DNA from: Deltaproteobacteria bacterium
GTDB lineage: Bacteria > SAR324 > NAC60-12
NCBI GenBank assembly: GCA_038150265.1
Contig: JAYOTF010000038.1
Span: 1-32,741, forward strand
Reading direction: 5' to 3'
Length of the DNA: 32,741 nucleotides
The notes under the pieces are model-generated. The model saw only the letters and a program-made list of their open reading frames with translations. It did no database searches and was not told the origin of the DNA. Each line of letters opens with the position of its first letter. The first letter of the stretch is position 1. Position numbers and translations under genes: made by a program. Below, in pieces: positions 28,252-32,741 of the stretch.

Positions 28252-28875
28252 TCAGGACTGCACCAGTTGAGAGCGGGAGAACACGTCCTCCCAGGTATCG
28301 GCCCGAGGAATGTCCTCGTGCGAAAATTCGTGATTGAAGGGGCGGCTCATGAGCCAGATCTCTGCTTCTGGATAAAACTCCAGGATGTTCAGGCAGTTAT
28401 CCGGATGGTCGTCAATGAAGAGCAGGTGCTCTCCCTCTTGCATGAGGTCGCCAATGACTTCCGCCTTGGTCTGCCGTGGGTGGCCCTTGTACTCAATGAA
28501 GCCTCCACAGTGGACGGAGTCAAACCGGAATCCGGCGTTGCGGAGGTTCCGCTTCCGCCGCTCCAGACACTCCGGTGGAATGTTCGTGACGAAATGCACG
28601 GGATATGCCCCACAGAGGGCGTTGAAGCGCTGGGGATCCACCAGGGTGGGCATTTGCTCAAAGTGGTCACTGGCCAGGAAGTGCTTCCAGCCTTCCTTCA
28701 TCTGCTCTTCCGTCAGCAACTCGGAGAAGAACCAGCTCCGGGGCTCATAATCCGGAGGGATTTCCAAATTGAAGTATTCACTCAACACTCGAATATAGGT
28801 GGATTCGAAGTCGAGGACGACTCCATCCACATCAAAAATGCAACGGTACATGGATTTCAACATTTTCAGGTTCAT
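28252..28875 (-). CDS. HAD-superfamily hydrolase (5'(3')-deoxyribonucleotidase-like)
   Basis: Motif I IFDVDGVVLD, FVTN, conserved K, FIDDHPDN and RPFN...W. Confidence 0.75.
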   Translation of the reverse strand: MNLKMLKSMYRCIFDVDGVVLDFESTYIRVLSEYFNLEIPPDYEPRSWFFSELLTEEQMKEGWKHFLASDHFEQMPTLVDPQRFNALCGAYPVHFVTNIPPECLERRKRNLRNAGFRFDSVHCGGFIEYKGHPRQTKAEVIGDLMQEGEHLLFIDDHPDNCLNILEFYPEAEIWLMSRPFNHEFSHEDIPRADTWEDVFSRSQLVQS

Positions 28876-28987
28876 GCCGAGCCCTCACCCTATCGCGTAC
28901 ACCAGAAATGTCACGCAAAAAGCGGGAGCCCCAGCTGCGCGGAAGGGCTTCGTTGGCCTGCTGCTTCCCCCCTCCTTCTGACGCCTT

Positions 28988-30889
28988 TTGACCCTCAAGC
29001 TGCTTGTGTCGATTCGTTCCTCGTTGTTTTTCCGATTTCTGATCTGGCTGGCCACTGGTGTGGTTCTGTTTGGTGCAGCGCGTCTGGCCCTCCTTCTGGT
29101 CCATGGGGAGCAGTTTGCGGAGCTGACCGGGGCCCAGGTGGGCACCGCCTTTGTGGAAGGCCTTCGCTTTGATCTCGCCTCGCTGGTGGTGTTTGGCGGC
29201 GTGCCGATGCTCGTTGCCGCCTTGCCATTTCGCTGGTTCCGGCACCCGCTCTGGACGGGGCTGCACCTGTTGCTGCTGTACCTCCTTCTGGCTGCAGGAA
29301 TGGGGTTGCTCGTGGGGGACCTCCTCTACTACGGGCACGTCAAGCGTCACATTACAAACGAGCTGCTGTTTCTGGGGGAAGATGCGTCCTACCTGCTCAA
29401 GGAAGCAAGCGGGTACTGGCTGGAGGCGGGCCTCGGCAGCCTTGGCATGTTGGGCTTGCTGGCCTGGGGGTGGCATCAGGCCCGGAAGCCGGTGCGCTTC
29501 GGCCGTTGGGAGTGGGGCGCGTACGTGGTGCTGTTCCTGAGCATTGGAATGCTCGGACGAGGCGGGTTTGGTGAAAAGCCAATTGCGATCGTCAATGCCT
29601 ACTCCAGCGGAAGTACGGCGCAGGGCAACCTGACCCTGAATGGCGTCTTCTCGGCCTCGCACTCGAGCCTGACCACCAACCTGGTGGAACGTCCGAAACT
29701 GGACGACGCGGCGGTGGAAGCGGCTCTGGCGCTTTCCTCCGGAACCCTGCAGGCAGACTACCCGGTGGAGCACCAGTACCCCGGACATCGTCCGTTGGCC
29801 AGGAACCTCGTGATCATCATGGTGGAGAGCCTGACGCCCCGGTATGTTGACGCGTTTGGGGGCAATGGCTATGGCCTCACGCCCAACCTGGATGCCCTGG
29901 CTCAGCAGGGGTGGATGTTTACGCATTTCTACTCGCATGGACAGCGGAGCGTGGAGGGCTTTCAGTCGATCTTGACCGGGGTGCCGTCTCTTCCCGGGGT
30001 GCCGACGGTGATGGATCAGGCGTCGGCCTACTCACGGCTGGCACGCATTGCCCGGACCAACGGTTACGATGCGCTCTTTGTGAACACGACGCTGCGGCAG
30101 GCCTTCCTGACGGATGCGTTTGCGGCAACGGTGGGCTTCCCGGAGTACTACGGACGCGAGGACATGCCGCTGCTGCTGGACTATCCGGAAGCCGAGCGGG
30201 ATCGGCGCCTGGGGTGGGACTATGAGGCGCTGATGTGGACGTTGGACAAGCTGAAGGGTCGCGAGCACCCGTTCCTGGTGTTTGTGAGCGCCAACACGGC
30301 TCACACGCCGTACCCACGGCTTCCGGAACGCTTTGAGCGCCACCCGCCTCACCCGAACGAGGAAGGCGGTTACCTCAACTCCCTGAATTACTCGGACTGG
30401 GCGCTGGGGGAGTTCTTCGAAAAGGCAAAGGGCGAGCCCTGGTTTGACGACACGCTGTTTGTGATCACGGCGGACCACGTCATTGCGCACTTTCAGCACA
30501 GCACGGGGCTTCCGGAGAAGTTTCAGGTACCGCTCATCTTTTACGCCCCCAAGCTGCTGGAGCCCCGGAAGGTGGAGGCCATCGGGTCTCACCTGGACCT
30601 ACCGGCGACCTTCATTGATGCGCTGGGCCTGAAGGGGCCGTTTGCGTCCCTCGGGCAGAGCCTGCTGCAGCCTCAGCCGTCTCGTGGATACGCGGTGGTC
30701 CGAGAGGGGAGCATTCTGGGAATCATTACAGAAAACGGCTACCTGCGGCACTCCCTGAACCGTCGCCTGGAGACCGGAGCGCTGGCTTCAGGTCCGACGC
30801 CTCCGAACTTTGACCACATGGAGCAGCAACTGCTGGCGTGGGACCACCTCGCGTTTACGTTGCTGCAGAACAACCGCTGGAGCCACTAA
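28988..30889 (+). CDS. LTA synthase family protein (membrane-anchored sulfatase-fold phosphoglycerol transferase)
   Basis: N-terminal TM helices with GLRFDL; RNLVIIMVES, TPNLD, AHTPY, YSDWALG and TLFVITADH. TTG start is approximate. Confidence 0.88.
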   Translation: MTLKLLVSIRSSLFFRFLIWLATGVVLFGAARLALLLVHGEQFAELTGAQVGTAFVEGLRFDLASLVVFGGVPMLVAALPFRWFRHPLWTGLHLLLLYLLLAAGMGLLVGDLLYYGHVKRHITNELLFLGEDASYLLKEASGYWLEAGLGSLGMLGLLAWGWHQARKPVRFGRWEWGAYVVLFLSIGMLGRGGFGEKPIAIVNAYSSGSTAQGNLTLNGVFSASHSSLTTNLVERPKLDDAAVEAALALSSGTLQADYPVEHQYPGHRPLARNLVIIMVESLTPRYVDAFGGNGYGLTPNLDALAQQGWMFTHFYSHGQRSVEGFQSILTGVPSLPGVPTVMDQASAYSRLARIARTNGYDALFVNTTLRQAFLTDAFAATVGFPEYYGREDMPLLLDYPEAERDRRLGWDYEALMWTLDKLKGREHPFLVFVSANTAHTPYPRLPERFERHPPHPNEEGGYLNSLNYSDWALGEFFEKAKGEPWFDDTLFVITADHVIAHFQHSTGLPEKFQVPLIFYAPKLLEPRKVEAIGSHLDLPATFIDALGLKGPFASLGQSLLQPQPSRGYAVVREGSILGIITENGYLRHSLNRRLETGALASGPTPPNFDHMEQQLLAWDHLAFTLLQNNRWSH

Positions 30890-30902
30890 CTCAAGGAGCC
30901 TC

Positions 30903-31979
30903 ATGTCCCTTCTTCCTGTGCTGCCTGGCCTCAAGGCCACACGCATTCAGACCCCCCGCCTGGAAACCCGGATGCTGAGTGCAGGGCCGGCCGATGGCAG
31001 GCCCGTGGTGTTTGTCCATGGCAACATCTCGGCTGCAACCTGGTGGGAGCCCACGCTGCTGCGGATGCCGGCCTCGTACCGCTGCCTGGCCTATGATCAG
31101 CGTGGTTATGGGGAAGCCGATCCTCAGGTGCGGATTGATGCGACTCGAGGCATGGCGGATTTTTCAGAGGACCTGTTGGCGCTGTTGGACGCCCTGGAGA
31201 TCGCGCAAGCGCACCTGGTTGGGCATTCGCTGGGAGGCTCTGTGCTCTGGCGCTTCCTGATGGACCATGCGGATCGGACGCTCAGTGTCACGCAGGTGTG
31301 TCCGGGATCGCCCTATGGATTCGGAGGCTGTCGCCTGGAAGGAACACCGTGTTGGCCCGATGGCGCTGGGTCCGGAGGGGGAACGGTGGGGAAGGCGTTT
31401 GTGGAACGGCTGCAGGCGGGGGACCGGAGCGATGCCGACCCGCAGGCTTCTCCACGTAATGTTCTCAATCAGCTCGTGTGGAAACCACCTTTTGTCCCCC
31501 AGCAGATGGAGGCGATCCTCAGCTCCACCCTGCAGACGCATCTGGGAGAACACGGGTATCCGGGGGATTTTGGGACCTCGTCTCACTGGCCAGGGGTGGC
31601 TCCCGGCGCCTGGGGAGCGGTCAATGCCCTTTCTCCGGTCTATCAGGAGCCTCCGGAGCGCCTCTATGCGCTGAAGCACAAGCCTCCGATTTTATGGATT
31701 CGGGGGGCAGACGATGTGATTGTGTCCGATGCGTCTCTATCGGACTTTGGGCAGCTGGGCGCGTTGGGGGTGATTCCGGGGTGGCCGGGCGCCGAATCCT
31801 TTCCGCCTCAGCCCATGGTCACGCAAACCCGAACGGTGCTGGACGCCTATGCCGCGTCCGGAGGACGCTATGAAGAGGTGGTCCTGACCAACTGCGGACA
31901 CTCTCCCTACCTGGAACAGCCCGATGCCTTTGATCGGGCCCTGCACCCATTTCTCGACCAGCACTCCCCGGACGCTTAG
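30903..31979 (+). CDS. Alpha/beta fold hydrolase
   Basis: FVHGN, DQRGYG, GHSLGG, RGADDVIVSD and GHSPYLE; AAGGAG RBS before ATG 30903. Confidence 0.9.
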   Translation: MSLLPVLPGLKATRIQTPRLETRMLSAGPADGRPVVFVHGNISAATWWEPTLLRMPASYRCLAYDQRGYGEADPQVRIDATRGMADFSEDLLALLDALEIAQAHLVGHSLGGSVLWRFLMDHADRTLSVTQVCPGSPYGFGGCRLEGTPCWPDGAGSGGGTVGKAFVERLQAGDRSDADPQASPRNVLNQLVWKPPFVPQQMEAILSSTLQTHLGEHGYPGDFGTSSHWPGVAPGAWGAVNALSPVYQEPPERLYALKHKPPILWIRGADDVIVSDASLSDFGQLGALGVIPGWPGAESFPPQPMVTQTRTVLDAYAASGGRYEEVVLTNCGHSPYLEQPDAFDRALHPFLDQHSPDA

Positions 31980-31980
31980 C

Positions 31981-32741
31981 TCAATCGACGTCTGTGTTGG
32001 TGACCGAAATGGTGTTCGTCAGCGCCGGGTTACCGTATTGGGCATCAGCACTGGCGGCTGTAACGGTGACGGTGACGGTTTGGTCGCCATCCTGAGTGCC
32101 ATCACTGACTCCTGAGACGGTAACCGACTGCGCCTGATTCCAGTTGCTCGAGGTGAAAGTCAAGGAGGCCGGGGAAGAAATGACCACCTCGCTGGTATCG
32201 CCACTGCTGGGCGTGATGGTGACGTCAGCAGTTGGCTGCGTGTCCAGCGTGACCCCAAAAGACGCAGAGGAAACCGTTTCGGAAACCACAACCGGGATGG
32301 TTGTCAGCGAGATCCCCGCCGTATCGTTGTCAATAATGGTAAAGCTCACCACTTGATCCGACAGGTTGCTGTAACTCGTAATGGTGCTACTGCTCGTTAC
32401 CGTCAGGCTCTTGGTCTCATTGTCTTCTGCAATGAGGTCATCAACGGCTGCAAGGGTCAGCGTCTGCGCGGTGCTGTAGTTGGCTTGAGTAAAGGTTAGG
32501 GAAGAAGGCGTAACAGTCGCTTCACTGTCTGAAACGCTTGCCTGGATGGTGACATCCGCAGCAGGCTCAACCGTCAGTGAAACGGCTACTGTGTCGGTCG
32601 TTCCACTTTCGTTTACGGCCAGTCCACTGGTTGGGTTCAGGACCAGGTTCGCAGTCTCATTGTCCGTATTGCTCAAGTTGATGGTTACCGGGTCTGCTGC
32701 GTAATTACTTGTAGACAGGGTGTCCTGGTAGTCCACGTTGT
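31981..32741 (-). CDS. C-terminal part of a repetitive surface/adhesin protein (Calx-beta/cadherin-like repeats); 5' end outside the window
   Basis: Thr/Ser/Val/Asp-rich; two repeats of about 100 aa (V.ES...V.L...P.ADVTI...SLTFT..N...AQ.VT...V.D); reading frame open to the window edge. Confidence 0.8.
   Translation of the reverse strand, partial: NVDYQDTLSTSNYAADPVTINLSNTDNETANLVLNPTSGLAVNESGTTDTVAVSLTVEPAADVTIQASVSDSEATVTPSSLTFTQANYSTAQTLTLAAVDDLIAEDNETKSLTVTSSSTITSYSNLSDQVVSFTIIDNDTAGISLTTIPVVVSETVSSASFGVTLDTQPTADVTITPSSGDTSEVVISSPASLTFTSSNWNQAQSVTVSGVSDGTQDGDQTVTVTVTAASADAQYGNPALTNTISVTNTDVD

Noticed and set aside
1..32741. CRISPR arrays, tRNA/rRNA genes, IS elements, integrase or prophage genes
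   Set aside because: No regularly spaced direct repeats, cloverleaf or rRNA signatures, or transposase, integrase or phage structural motifs were seen.

Overview
GC-rich bacterial chromosomal window with about 30 densely packed genes, mostly housekeeping or metabolic: Cry-DASH, a membrane-anchored GTPase, two alpha/beta hydrolases, PLP aminotransferase, methylcrotonyl-CoA carboxylase beta subunit, agmatine deiminase, NUDIX hydrolase, thioesterase, CFA-like methyltransferase, DUF445 protein, MFS transporter, Lon, TerB-like protein, dGTPase, ComF, FAD oxidoreductase, YqaA, CPBP protease, ROK kinase, PrmA, HflC, FolC, a beta-barrel, HAD hydrolase, LTA-synthase-like protein, and the 3' end of a repetitive surface protein. 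No rRNA, tRNA, CRISPR array or transposase was seen. Four signals stand out. (1) The AT-rich left edge carries an integron attC-like site followed by a TRL-like lipoprotein gene bounded by complementary GTTGGGA/TCCCAAC core sites, probably the tail of a cassette array. (2) The palindrome TCCGGA is strongly over-represented in all reading frames (about 90 copies by hand count versus about 11 expected), resembling a HIP-type iterated palindrome. (3) lon, a terB-like gene, a dGTPase resembling the anti-phage clade and a lipoprotein form a tight operon. (4) Hairpin-rich leaders precede agmatine deiminase and the GTPase. All calls come from motif recognition by eye; no database search was run.
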